Shown here piece by piece: positions 9,308 to 17,490 of a stretch of DNA of 64,000 bases; the stretch's first letter is position 1; every line of letters starts with the position of its first letter. Both the position numbers and the translations under genes were made by a program. Origin of the DNA: Minisyncoccota bacterium (GTDB lineage Bacteria > Patescibacteriota > Minisyncoccia > Phycocordibacterales > UBA9973); contig JBAYHY010000001.1 in the NCBI GenBank assembly GCA_041665885.1, positions 5,715-69,714 on the forward strand, read 5' to 3'. The notes below the pieces were generated by a model that ran no database searches, was not told where the DNA came from, and worked only from the letters and a program-made list of their open reading frames with translations.

Positions 9308-10384
9308 ATGCAAAACATCGTTTGGATAATAATTGGAATAGTCGTTGGAGCTGTCGTCGTCTATATAATTTTGAATAAGAAGAAAAAGACAGACAATAGT
9401 GACAACCCATTTTCGTTGCTTCAACAGCAGATATCGGAACTTACTCGTCAGCTTGATTCAAAACTTACTGAATCACGTAGAGACATGCAAGATGCGGTAC
9501 GTACCCAGTTTTCTGAATCACAAAAACTCTTAAAAGATATTAATGAGCAAATGAGTAAAAATCTGATTGATGTCGCACGGGAACAAACAAAAACGAACGA
9601 AGCAACTAGAGAATTTGTAACCATTGCAGAAAAACTTAGCAATCTTGAAAAGACTCTCAAACACCAAAAACAGCGAGGCAACTGGGGCGAAGCATCGCTT
9701 GAGCTTATTCTTTCAAATACCTTGGCCCCAGGACAATATAAAATGCAATATGAATTTAAGAACAAAGAAACCGTGGATGCAGTGATAATTACTAAGGAAG
9801 GAATAATTCCGATAGATGCGAAGTTTTCTTTAGACAATTACGATAGGGTTGTGCATGCTATCGACGACCGACAACGTGAAGAGCTTGAAAAAGAATTTAA
9901 AAATGATTTAAAAAAACGGATTGATGAAACTGCAAAATATGTTCGACCGGAAGAAAATACACTCCCTTTTGCTTTTATGTATATCCCCGCTGAAGCAATT
10001 TATTATGATCTGCTTGTCAACGAAGTTGGTTCAATAAAAGTTAACACAAGAAATCTAATTGATTATGCTTACAACGAAAAAAAGGTCATTATCATTTCCC
10101 CCACTACTTTTATGGCATATTTACAGTCGGTTCTATACGGTTTCAAGGCATTTAAAATTGAAGAATCTGCAAAAGAAATAATTAAAAAAGTGAATGATTT
10201 AGGTAAACACTTAGGTGCATATTCTGAATACCACGTTAAATTAGGTAATGCGATTAATACTGTTGCAAATCATTATGATAAATCAAATAAGGAATTAAAA
10301 AAAATAGATAAAGATGTGCTCAAAATCGCCGGCACCTCGCCAGAACTTTCTCTTCTTGAGATAGATAAACCAAAACTAGAATAA
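9308..10384 (+). CDS. rmuC: DNA recombination protein RmuC
   Basis: N-terminal TM, coiled coil, RGNWGE, IDAKF, FMYIPAEAIY, SPTT. Confidence 0.93.
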   Translation: MQNIVWIIIGIVVGAVVVYIILNKKKKTDNSDNPFSLLQQQISELTRQLDSKLTESRRDMQDAVRTQFSESQKLLKDINEQMSKNLIDVAREQTKTNEATREFVTIAEKLSNLEKTLKHQKQRGNWGEASLELILSNTLAPGQYKMQYEFKNKETVDAVIITKEGIIPIDAKFSLDNYDRVVHAIDDRQREELEKEFKNDLKKRIDETAKYVRPEENTLPFAFMYIPAEAIYYDLLVNEVGSIKVNTRNLIDYAYNEKKVIIISPTTFMAYLQSVLYGFKAFKIEESAKEIIKKVNDLGKHLGAYSEYHVKLGNAINTVANHYDKSNKELKKIDKDVLKIAGTSPELSLLEIDKPKLE

Positions 10385-10402
10385 AATTTATTATGTAAAA
10401 AT

Positions 10403-10438
10403 AAAAACGGCTAGCAGTCGTGTGAACTGCGAGCCGTT
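10403..10438 (-). terminator. Intrinsic terminator of the 191-aa orphan gene (probably bidirectional with rmuC)
   Basis: AACGGCTCGCAGT..ACTGCTAGCCGTT followed by a T-tract on the minus strand. Confidence 0.7.
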
Positions 10439-10461
10439 GCCTGAATCCGTCAGGTGCGGGT

Positions 10462-11037
10462 TTAGTCGTAAAACCAATGGTGTCGATCACATCGGTGACA
10501 CCATCCATATCTCGTGTGATGGTGCGGATGACTAAGAGCTATTATGAGCCCTCCCGCCGCCATACTCGCCATAAATAAAAGCAACACGAGTGCTATGAAC
10601 CCCAGACAACCCCAGAAGGAAAGGTCGCCCAACCACCATGCCAAGGATATGGTCCACGGCACGTGCTGCTCTTGGCAGACCTGGGATGGAGGTAGCGGAT
10701 CGAGCGGCCTGGGTTCTGGGGTCAGCGTTGCCAAGCGATTGCCGCATGATGCTTTGTATCTCATGATGCCGTCAATGTCGACAAGAACAACCTCGCCAGC
10801 GTTCACGGTAGTCAACTCGAAAACATTTCGAGCCCGGTTGTAATTCAGAAAGTCCGTGGTAATGGCAAGCCGAGTGGGCCTGAGGCCCATGTCCGCCATC
10901 TGTCCCGCACTTAACGGACCGGACATGATCGGAAACTGATCCAAGTTAGCGCCAGCTGGAACTGTGCCAGCCACCAGCGGTGTTGCTACCGCGAGTAGCA
11001 TCATAGTCAATGCGAGAACCACCATACCGTTTTTCAT
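10462..11037 (-). CDS. Orphan exported/membrane protein with His/Cys-rich C-terminal tail
   Basis: Signal peptide, C-terminal TM, HPHHHTRYGWCHRCDRHHW tail; AGGAG upstream; own promoter. Confidence 0.7.
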   Translation of the reverse strand: MKNGMVVLALTMMLLAVATPLVAGTVPAGANLDQFPIMSGPLSAGQMADMGLRPTRLAITTDFLNYNRARNVFELTTVNAGEVVLVDIDGIMRYKASCGNRLATLTPEPRPLDPLPPSQVCQEQHVPWTISLAWWLGDLSFWGCLGFIALVLLLFMASMAAGGLIIALSHPHHHTRYGWCHRCDRHHWFYD

Positions 11038-11107
11038 CCCATTCTCCTGTCAACGTGCGAGACATTCTTTTCCCTTATTGGGATCAGCAACGCTCACCTC
11101 TCTTTAT

Positions 11108-11170
11108 ATTATATCACACTATTTACCATTTTGTCAAGTTATTGACTTTTCATTAAATCCGAATTAATGT
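11108..11170. promoter_or_regulatory. Back-to-back divergent sigma70-type promoters
   Basis: Minus strand: TTGACA(11137-11132)-18-TATAAT with a TGn extension. Plus strand: TTGACT(11142-11147)-17-TAATGT. Confidence 0.7.
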
Positions 11171-11175
11171 ACATT

Positions 11176-11382
11176 TGAACACACATCGACTTGGAAACGG
11201 ACGACATAGCCCACCTCGATAAAGACGAGAAGGACGAGGCGGAGTAAGGGCTCCCAGGGCTTCCGGTCCGCAGATGGACAACCCGCTCTAGCGTGAGAGC
11301 AACCGTTATCCTAATCTGATCGGGATTCCAAGTCATCGAACGGGCCGGCCTGCAACACGCAGGCCGGCCCATCATCATTTTT
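11176..11382 (+). ncRNA. Putative structured ncRNA, unit 1
   Basis: Promoter; GACTTGGAA(11188-96)/TTCCAAGTC(11326-34) closing stem; internal hairpins; 12-bp terminal hairpin; no conserved ORF. Confidence 0.6.
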
Positions 11383-11435
11383 AATAAATTTATTAACATT
11401 CTTGACTTTTTTTTAAATCCGAATTAATGTACATT

Positions 11436-11672
11436 TGAATATACATCGACTTGGAAGCGGGGCAGAGAATGGGAAGAATTTCCCGCCCCTCACGACGAAA
11501 CTTGTCGGCCTCTCACACGGAACACGCCGGATAGTGTCTCACGGGAAGGAATTAAATACTCTCCTTTCGGGGAAGAGAGATCGCCCGTGAATGACCTCCA
11601 ACGGTCGAAATCGTGGATTCCAAGTCACCGAATGGGCCGGCCTGCAACACGCAGGCCGGCCCACTTCATTTT
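11436..11672 (+). ncRNA. Putative structured ncRNA, unit 2 (paralogous frame, different interior)
   Basis: Promoter TTGACT(11402)-17-TAATGT; same closing stem (11448-56/11618-26); identical terminal hairpin. Confidence 0.6.
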
Positions 11673-13201
11673 TACGCAAAACCAGGGAAGAAATCGGTTT
11701 TAATATTTTTTCTTGATACTCCGATAGATTTCAAGGTATTTTCAAACGCGTCAACCATCCCCCTCGGACCGGAAATATAAAAAGTTTTATTTAAATAATT
11801 TGGAATTTCTTTCTCTATCATCCTCGCATCGATTGAACCTTTTTGCATTGATTCTTCAAATACCGCCTCCCCCTTGCCGGTAATGACATAAACTGTTTTT
11901 ATCCCTAGTTCGGCTCGCGCCCTATCGAAAACCTCCTTATAAGCAATATCCTTGGTCGTTTTATTCGAGTAAAGCAAAGTGATAGTCCTTTTTTGTTTTT
12001 TATCTAGCAAATATTTTATCATGCTACGAAATGGCGTGATACCGATACCCCCGGCAATAAACACCAAATCTTTTTCCGAGTCTTCCGGTAAAACAAAATC
12101 ACCGGATTTTTGGGCTGCGATTATTCCCCCGCCCTCCGGCATGGCAAGCAGGTGATTCTTGAAACTGCTCGGCTCCGGATAGAATTTTACTCCGAGGTGT
12201 ATTTCATCTTCTGTCGGAGATGAAGCCAGAGTAAAATATCGTCTATTCCCTCTCGTATCCGGGCTACGATGTTTGAGGGTCCACTCCATATATTGTCCGG
12301 GGCGGAAATTAAAATTTTTGTCTTTTTCAAAAATAAAATCGTAAGTGTCCACGCCGACCTTGATGCGGTCCTTCAATTTCAAAAATAATTTTTCCTTGGG
12401 GCTCACGATGTAAGCGAAAATATTTCCGATTACTAGGGCAAGCTCTGGCGTTGAATAAAATATTCCAAAATGTAGCGCTGGCGCAAATAAGAAACCGACT
12501 AGTGCACCGAAGGCGATCCGAAGCCATTTCGTGGTCGGAGCCGTCAAGGGCTCTGTGAGCATTACAAAAGCAAAGAAAAAGAACGCGGAATCCGTCATGG
12601 TCCTCATGAGAGTGGTCATGATATCCGAGCCCCTAAACATTGCCAAAACGGAAATAGTAGTGAAAGCAGAAATCAGAAAAGCAAAAAACAAGTCTGCCCG
12701 ACGAATTTTTCTGATTATCAAAAACCCACCGATCAGGACAAAAGGCAACATGTTCGGCGTCCCTATCCACCAACTAGCGGATTGATTAATCGTCAGGGCC
12801 GTGAGTGCCACCGCGAAAGCGGCGGGATTAAAAATATGTTTACCCTTGATGGCCAGAATATATTTAGACGCCATAGCCCAAACTGAAGCCCAAAAAGCAA
12901 ATGGCAAAAATTGCGAATATATCCCACTCTGAATCGGGGTAATGAGAAAAAACAAAATTAGCGCAGTTATATAAATAGATTCTGTGTTGGTAGGCGCGTC
13001 ATAAAAGAAAGAAAAAATAATATTTGTTATCCAGGATATCAACAAAATAATAAGCAGAGAGGAAATAAGATCCGTCGGACTATAGGGCAAAAAACCAAAC
13101 AATGAAAGAACCAGGGACGCACCGAAAAAAAAGATGAGGACGTATAGAACCACCCGGTACATGGTCGTTTTATTTAAAAAATTATCTACAAAATTAAGCA
13201 T
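11672..13201 (-). CDS. RnfD/NqrB-like membrane domain fused to an FNR-type FAD/NAD-binding oxidoreductase
   Basis: KHIFNPAAF and MLTEPLTAP (RnfD-like); RYFTLASSP, FIAGGIGITPFRS and YISGP (FNR). Confidence 0.88.
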   Translation of the reverse strand: MLNFVDNFLNKTTMYRVVLYVLIFFFGASLVLSLFGFLPYSPTDLISSLLIILLISWITNIIFSFFYDAPTNTESIYITALILFFLITPIQSGIYSQFLPFAFWASVWAMASKYILAIKGKHIFNPAAFAVALTALTINQSASWWIGTPNMLPFVLIGGFLIIRKIRRADLFFAFLISAFTTISVLAMFRGSDIMTTLMRTMTDSAFFFFAFVMLTEPLTAPTTKWLRIAFGALVGFLFAPALHFGIFYSTPELALVIGNIFAYIVSPKEKLFLKLKDRIKVGVDTYDFIFEKDKNFNFRPGQYMEWTLKHRSPDTRGNRRYFTLASSPTEDEIHLGVKFYPEPSSFKNHLLAMPEGGGIIAAQKSGDFVLPEDSEKDLVFIAGGIGITPFRSMIKYLLDKKQKRTITLLYSNKTTKDIAYKEVFDRARAELGIKTVYVITGKGEAVFEESMQKGSIDARMIEKEIPNYLNKTFYISGPRGMVDAFENTLKSIGVSRKNIKTDFFPGFA

Positions 13202-13964
13202 ATTGTTTGTTATTATTGTTTGTGTAATTTTGAAAACCAGTCGTCATCGTGGCAATCCCCTTTTTATCAATAGAATATCCTTCAAAACCCTCCAACCCCT
13301 CAATAAAGAAAATTCCGTCCTTTCCCATGGCGAATGAAGCTGTGGCATAACGATCTGCCTCAAAAATGTTCGGCCCGATTACGGTCATACTCACGATCTC
13401 TTCCAGTTTGTCATTTTTATCTTTCGGATTATATATATGTGCGCCTCGAACATAGCTTCCCGAAGTCGCAATACCTTCATCTTTCGGTAAAAATACTTTT
13501 TTTATTACTTCTCTTTTTTTGTTGAATGGATTTTGAATGCCGATACACCACGGTTCTCCTTTCTCATTTCTTCCCATCGCTTGAATATCCCCGCCCGCCT
13601 CCACATAAAAATTCTTTATTCCCCTTTTCCTTAAAATTTTACCCGCATTCCAGATAGACCATCCCTTGACCAAGCCGGAAGTGTCATAACTTCCGTTCGG
13701 GGTCACAATATCAAAATATCCATTGGTTAATTTTTTTGTTTCCTCGGAAAGTTCGAATATTTCTCTCATGTCTTCACTCATTTCTTTCTCTTTAATTTGC
13801 TTTTTGTTTATCTTTGTTATTTCGCTATCCTCCTTATAGGTACTGAATTTCTGATCCACGTACTTGAAATAATCAAACACCTCATCAAAGAGTTCCTGTT
13901 TCGCTTCCCCACTGGAAATTTCAACAATGACCGGAGTTCCCATGATTATCTGTATCTGTTTCAT
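13194..13964 (-). CDS. apbE: FAD:protein FMN transferase
   Basis: MGT, SGLVKGW, EAGGDI, IATSG, HIYNP, ADRYATA. Confidence 0.92.
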   Translation of the reverse strand: MKQIQIIMGTPVIVEISSGEAKQELFDEVFDYFKYVDQKFSTYKEDSEITKINKKQIKEKEMSEDMREIFELSEETKKLTNGYFDIVTPNGSYDTSGLVKGWSIWNAGKILRKRGIKNFYVEAGGDIQAMGRNEKGEPWCIGIQNPFNKKREVIKKVFLPKDEGIATSGSYVRGAHIYNPKDKNDKLEEIVSMTVIGPNIFEADRYATASFAMGKDGIFFIEGLEGFEGYSIDKKGIATMTTGFQNYTNNNNKQYA

Positions 13965-13967
13965 CGC

Positions 13968-14528
13968 TTATATCATTGCCTGCGACAGAGCGGAAGAGAG
14001 TGATTCCCGAAAAGCAGCGCTTGTAAATGAAGCCCCGGAAACAGTATCTACGTTCGAATCCTGGATAGAAATGGCCTCACTTGTAAGTCGAGGCATTGCG
14101 TATGAATTAATTCGAACGGAGTTTTGTCTATCCTGCGGATAATCCAAAAATTGCACGTCGGTTATTTTTCCACCGGCAATGACCGCTTTTACCTGCACAT
14201 TGCCATAGTACGCATCGACTGCTGTACCAGTGTAGCTTCCATTTTTATATTTACCGATATCAACTACCGGAGGTGGCGGCACCGGAGTAGAAGGCGCGGA
14301 GTTATTTTGCGTCGGAGGACGGGCGGGAGAAGGACTGGCAGTTGTCGGTTTTGGTTTGGGGCTTGCTGTCTGGGTATTTGTGTTGTACTGGGGCAGTGAT
14401 AATGCTACGCTCGTTTTGCTTGATTGGGGAGCCAAAAAAGCCGGCGCCTCTGCTCCAAGGATTCGTACATGTAAAACATACGCAATGAACACAAATATCA
14501 ACGATGATGATAATAGGGCTTTTTTCAT
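13968..14528 (-). CDS. Membrane-anchored FMN-binding domain protein
   Basis: N-terminal anchor, Pro-rich linker, YKNGSYTG, flavinylation motif DTVSGASFTS. Confidence 0.9.
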   Translation of the reverse strand: MKKALLSSSLIFVFIAYVLHVRILGAEAPAFLAPQSSKTSVALSLPQYNTNTQTASPKPKPTTASPSPARPPTQNNSAPSTPVPPPPVVDIGKYKNGSYTGTAVDAYYGNVQVKAVIAGGKITDVQFLDYPQDRQNSVRINSYAMPRLTSEAISIQDSNVDTVSGASFTSAAFRESLSSALSQAMI

Positions 14529-14575
14529 AGGATTATTATACTATAATCTATGAACTATGAAGTTCTCATGATTGA

Positions 14576-15802
14576 CTAATCGTGCTCAGTGCCTGAATTT
14601 CCCTGCCCAGAATCATCGAAGTTGTTGGGCGTATTTGAATTTTGTCCACCCTGATTTTGATTTATATAATCATTATCCTCTTCGAAGTTATCATCCTCTA
14701 TCTCCTGGCCATCGTCGTCCTCAATGCCCATATCGTCTTCTATGTCTCCCTTGATGGTATTAGAGAGGAGTAACAATCTCGCTGCGTCCGTCAGACTCAT
14801 GGCTGATTGAAATTTGCTTGCAGCCCCATTGAAATCAGATGAAGCAATTAAGGCCTCGCCTGCTTTGAACGTTGTCTCGATTTCCGCGAGTTTGCCATCT
14901 ATGCTATTTTGCGTTTTTATGGATAAACTATTCCTTTCTCTCTGGTAGAGAAGCTTCATGGAGTTCAACAAATCTGATGCTGTTTTTTGTTTTTCCTGAG
15001 CAAGAGCGAGGCCGGTCGAGGTCGTAGTAGGCGTAGCGTTTTCCTCCGACGAAGTTTCTGTAGTTGATTCTGAATCAATTGAGGATTCCAGGTCATCATA
15101 GCCATTCCTTACTCTATTCTGAGATTCCGCGAGCGAAGAGAGCAATCGGTCCGTTTCTTGTTTTGTTTCAGCATTGACATCTTTGCCGTTTGACACAGCC
15201 AGAAGAACATCTTGATGCGCAGCAAGGGCCGCTTGCAATCTGATATTTATGTCGGAGGATTTGGTGGATTCATTATTTTGTTTAGCCAATTCTTCAGCGC
15301 TGGCATTAAAATCGTCAATTTGTCTTTGGATGGCGCCTTCTAGGTAAAGTCGGCCCTCTTCATCGAGGCTATTCGCAGAAACAAGTTTCTGTGCTTCATT
15401 CAACCTGCGTTCCACCAATCTTTCTCGCCACTCTGTTTTCTCTTCCTTGGTGAAAGCGAACAATCCAGCGACGGGCTCATTTACCGACACTTTCACTCCG
15501 TACAACAAGTCCCCGGGAACAGCCATTTCGGCGAAAGCGGAAGTGCCCCCGAGAAGAATAACAATCAAGAATACTGCGACAATGGGTATAAATTTATATT
15601 TATTGTTCATGAAATAATAATTTTTAATGTTCTGATAATGCCTATATAGACGGACGGCAAACGTATTTGTTACATGATTATTCTGTTCAAATTTAGCTGA
15701 TTGAATTTTCTCCAATATAAAAGTACGCATTTTTTCCTTCTCGGCGCTAGCGAGTTTGATATTTTTTACCGCGTTCTTTATTTGTTCAAATTCGTTATTC
15801 AT
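14576..15802 (-). CDS. DUF5667-like single-TM protein, probable anti-sigma factor
   Basis: AVPGDLLYGVKVSVNE...RRLNEA; overlaps the ECF sigma stop. Confidence 0.7.
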   Translation of the reverse strand: MNNEFEQIKNAVKNIKLASAEKEKMRTFILEKIQSAKFEQNNHVTNTFAVRLYRHYQNIKNYYFMNNKYKFIPIVAVFLIVILLGGTSAFAEMAVPGDLLYGVKVSVNEPVAGLFAFTKEEKTEWRERLVERRLNEAQKLVSANSLDEEGRLYLEGAIQRQIDDFNASAEELAKQNNESTKSSDINIRLQAALAAHQDVLLAVSNGKDVNAETKQETDRLLSSLAESQNRVRNGYDDLESSIDSESTTETSSEENATPTTTSTGLALAQEKQKTASDLLNSMKLLYQRERNSLSIKTQNSIDGKLAEIETTFKAGEALIASSDFNGAASKFQSAMSLTDAARLLLLSNTIKGDIEDDMGIEDDDGQEIEDDNFEEDNDYINQNQGGQNSNTPNNFDDSGQGNSGTEHD

Positions 15803-16313
15803 TTTTGTTTCCTATTTTATCAAACAAGTTTTTAAGCTTTTCTTTTGCTCGACTAATCCTCACCAATACAGTGTTCTCCCGCTCTCCGAGCAACTCTGCC
15901 ATATCTTTCGAACTCATGTCCTCGATAAACCTTAGAATAATTACATCTCTGTCGGACGGGGGCAACTTATCAAGCAGAGAAAGGAAAATTGAATAATCAA
16001 TATTGTTCTCTGTGTTATCCTTTTCCGCGATTGATTCGAAAAATCCTTCCGGTAATTGGCTCTCCACCACGCTTTTCTTCTTTCTCCAATAATCGATGAC
16101 AGTATTCTTCGCAGTAATGTAAATAAAACTCTTGGCGTTCTGTGCCTCGCTATTCTTCAGATAATTGAATACCTTGATAAAAGTATCTTGCGCCAAATCT
16201 TTTGCCACTTCCCTGTCTCCGGTCTTAAAATAGCAAAAACGAAAAATAGCGTCTGCGTGTGCGTCATATAATTCAACGAACAATTCTTCTATTTTATCAT
16301 CACCGTTATTCAT
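15795..16313 (-). CDS. ECF RNA polymerase sigma factor
   Basis: AKDLAQDTFIK, AKNTVIDYWRK, VRISRAKEKL. Confidence 0.93.
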   Translation of the reverse strand: MNNGDDKIEELFVELYDAHADAIFRFCYFKTGDREVAKDLAQDTFIKVFNYLKNSEAQNAKSFIYITAKNTVIDYWRKKKSVVESQLPEGFFESIAEKDNTENNIDYSIFLSLLDKLPPSDRDVIILRFIEDMSSKDMAELLGERENTVLVRISRAKEKLKNLFDKIGNKNE

Positions 16314-16320
16314 GTTTAAT

Positions 16321-16347
16321 GACGTATTGCCTCTTGTTTTTATTACA
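16321..16347 (-). promoter_or_regulatory. Putative autoregulatory ECF promoter
   Basis: TGTAAT-17-CGTC, 7 nt before the ATG; resembles Bacillus SigX/SigW-type promoters. Confidence 0.5.
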
Positions 16348-16390
16348 AAAAATAACTATTAAATCGGAACAAAATTCTTTTTTCTACGTG

Positions 16391-16462
16391 TGACCCTACC
16401 GGGAATCGAACCCGAATTTTATCCTTGAGAAGGATACGTCCTAACCGTTAGACGATAGGGCC
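16391..16462 (-). tRNA. tRNA-Glu(CTC)
   Basis: Cloverleaf; anticodon arm TATCC-TT CTC AA-GGATA; GGTTCGATTCC. Confidence 0.96.
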
Positions 16463-16566
16463 AACGAGAAGAATATAACATTTTTTAAAGAAAATTAAAA
16501 ATATTAATATTCTAATAAACACCCAAATATTATCGGACGGCCAACGTCTGTGGCCACAAATCTTGA

Positions 16567-16803
16567 TTAATTTTTTATCCAATTCAAAATATCCTTTATC
16601 GCAGTTTCGTTTTCTAAGTAAAAAATTGGTAAAGAATGTTTCGTTACATTTTCTATTTCCATCTTTGTCACACTTGATGTTTCCCATCCAGGCAAAACAG
16701 CCAATCCGTCACAACGGCGCAAAAACTCGGCATTCATATCCCAGGCTAACTTACTCGCCTCTTCTCCTAGAGAAATAATTTCTTGGTCAATATTTAAATG
16801 AGC
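16567..16803 (-). pseudogene. 5'-truncated DUF1937/DUF4406-like (nucleoside deoxyribosyltransferase fold) gene
   Basis: AHLNIDQE...FLRRCDGLAVLPGWETSSVTKMEIE...LPIFY; the upstream frame runs into a palindrome and a stop, with no start codon. Confidence 0.6.
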
Positions 16804-16843
16804 TAAGCAAGAACCGTTCTTGCTTAGCTGTTCTTGCTTAGCT
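16801..16843. repeat. Perfect 14-bp palindrome with a tandem copy of one arm
   Basis: AGCTAAGCAAGAAC-C-GTTCTTGCTTAGCT-GTTCTTGCTTAGCT. Confidence 0.9.
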
Positions 16844-16871
16844 TGTTATTTTATAAATTCCCCCACAAACG

Positions 16872-17390
16872 AAAAAAGCCGTCGAGAAACTCGACAGGCC
16901 TTTGGTGATAATTTGGGTGGGGAGGTTTCCTAGTGGAAACCTCCCCTAACCCTTTTGGTCACGATGTGGCTGTGGGGGATTGATTTTTGTTTTTGCCCCG
17001 TTAGCCCGACATGGCGACCGATGTGAGAGAGCAAGTTCGCGTCCTAGACGCCATGCTCTCACGACTCCAGAAAAACAACTAATTTTTTTCAAACAGGAGC
17101 TTTTACGACCTTCCTGGGGTCAAGTTGACCCGAGCTCCTTGGTCGCCGCCGAAGCCCTCAGGCTTCGACGAAACTGGCAGTGTCGCGCGCGTTTATCACG
17201 ACTCCCTCCCTTCTAATTCTTTCTTGGGCGCTGGTTAGCGGCCCATGCCGTCGGGCTTGCGGGCGGTGGCGAAGCCGGCGATCTTGGTCTTCTTCTTCGA
17301 ATTTTCCATCTTCTCGAGGAACCGGGGGGAACCGCGAATCATGCGAGCCTCCTACCGTGATAACCAGGGACCTCCCCCAGCTATCTTCCC
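16872..17390 (-). ncRNA. Putative ~520-nt structured transcript carrying small ORFs
   Basis: TTGACA-16-TATACT promoter (17422-17395), many stems and pseudoknots, terminator at 16872-16899. Confidence 0.55.
17235..17342 (-). CDS. 35-aa basic small protein MIRGSPRFLEKMENSKKKTKIAGFATARKPDGMGR
   Basis: AGGAGG 5 nt before the ATG; codons strongly C/G-ending. Confidence 0.55.
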   Translation of the reverse strand: MIRGSPRFLEKMENSKKKTKIAGFATARKPDGMGR

Positions 17391-17490
17391 ACACAGTATA
17401 GCACTACTACAAAAAATGTCAAGCAATCCCCTTTTTTATTTATTAATGCAATTATCTTGCAACCAGGCGGGTATTATCACTCCTTTTTGC

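Noticed and set aside
11176-11672. Hammerhead ribozyme, SRP RNA, RNase P RNA or retron msr-msd
   Set aside because: No CUGAnGA core, no SRP or RNase P signature motif recognised, and no reverse transcriptase in the window.
17235-17342. Ribosomal protein L34
   Set aside because: Only loose similarity (basic stretch, GF...GR); it lacks MKRTxQP and the Arg-rich C-terminal half.
16872-17390. Bona fide tmRNA (ssrA)
   Set aside because: No T-arm (GTTCGA) and no acceptor stem with G3-U70 and CCA; the tag does not end in the usual ALAA-like residues.
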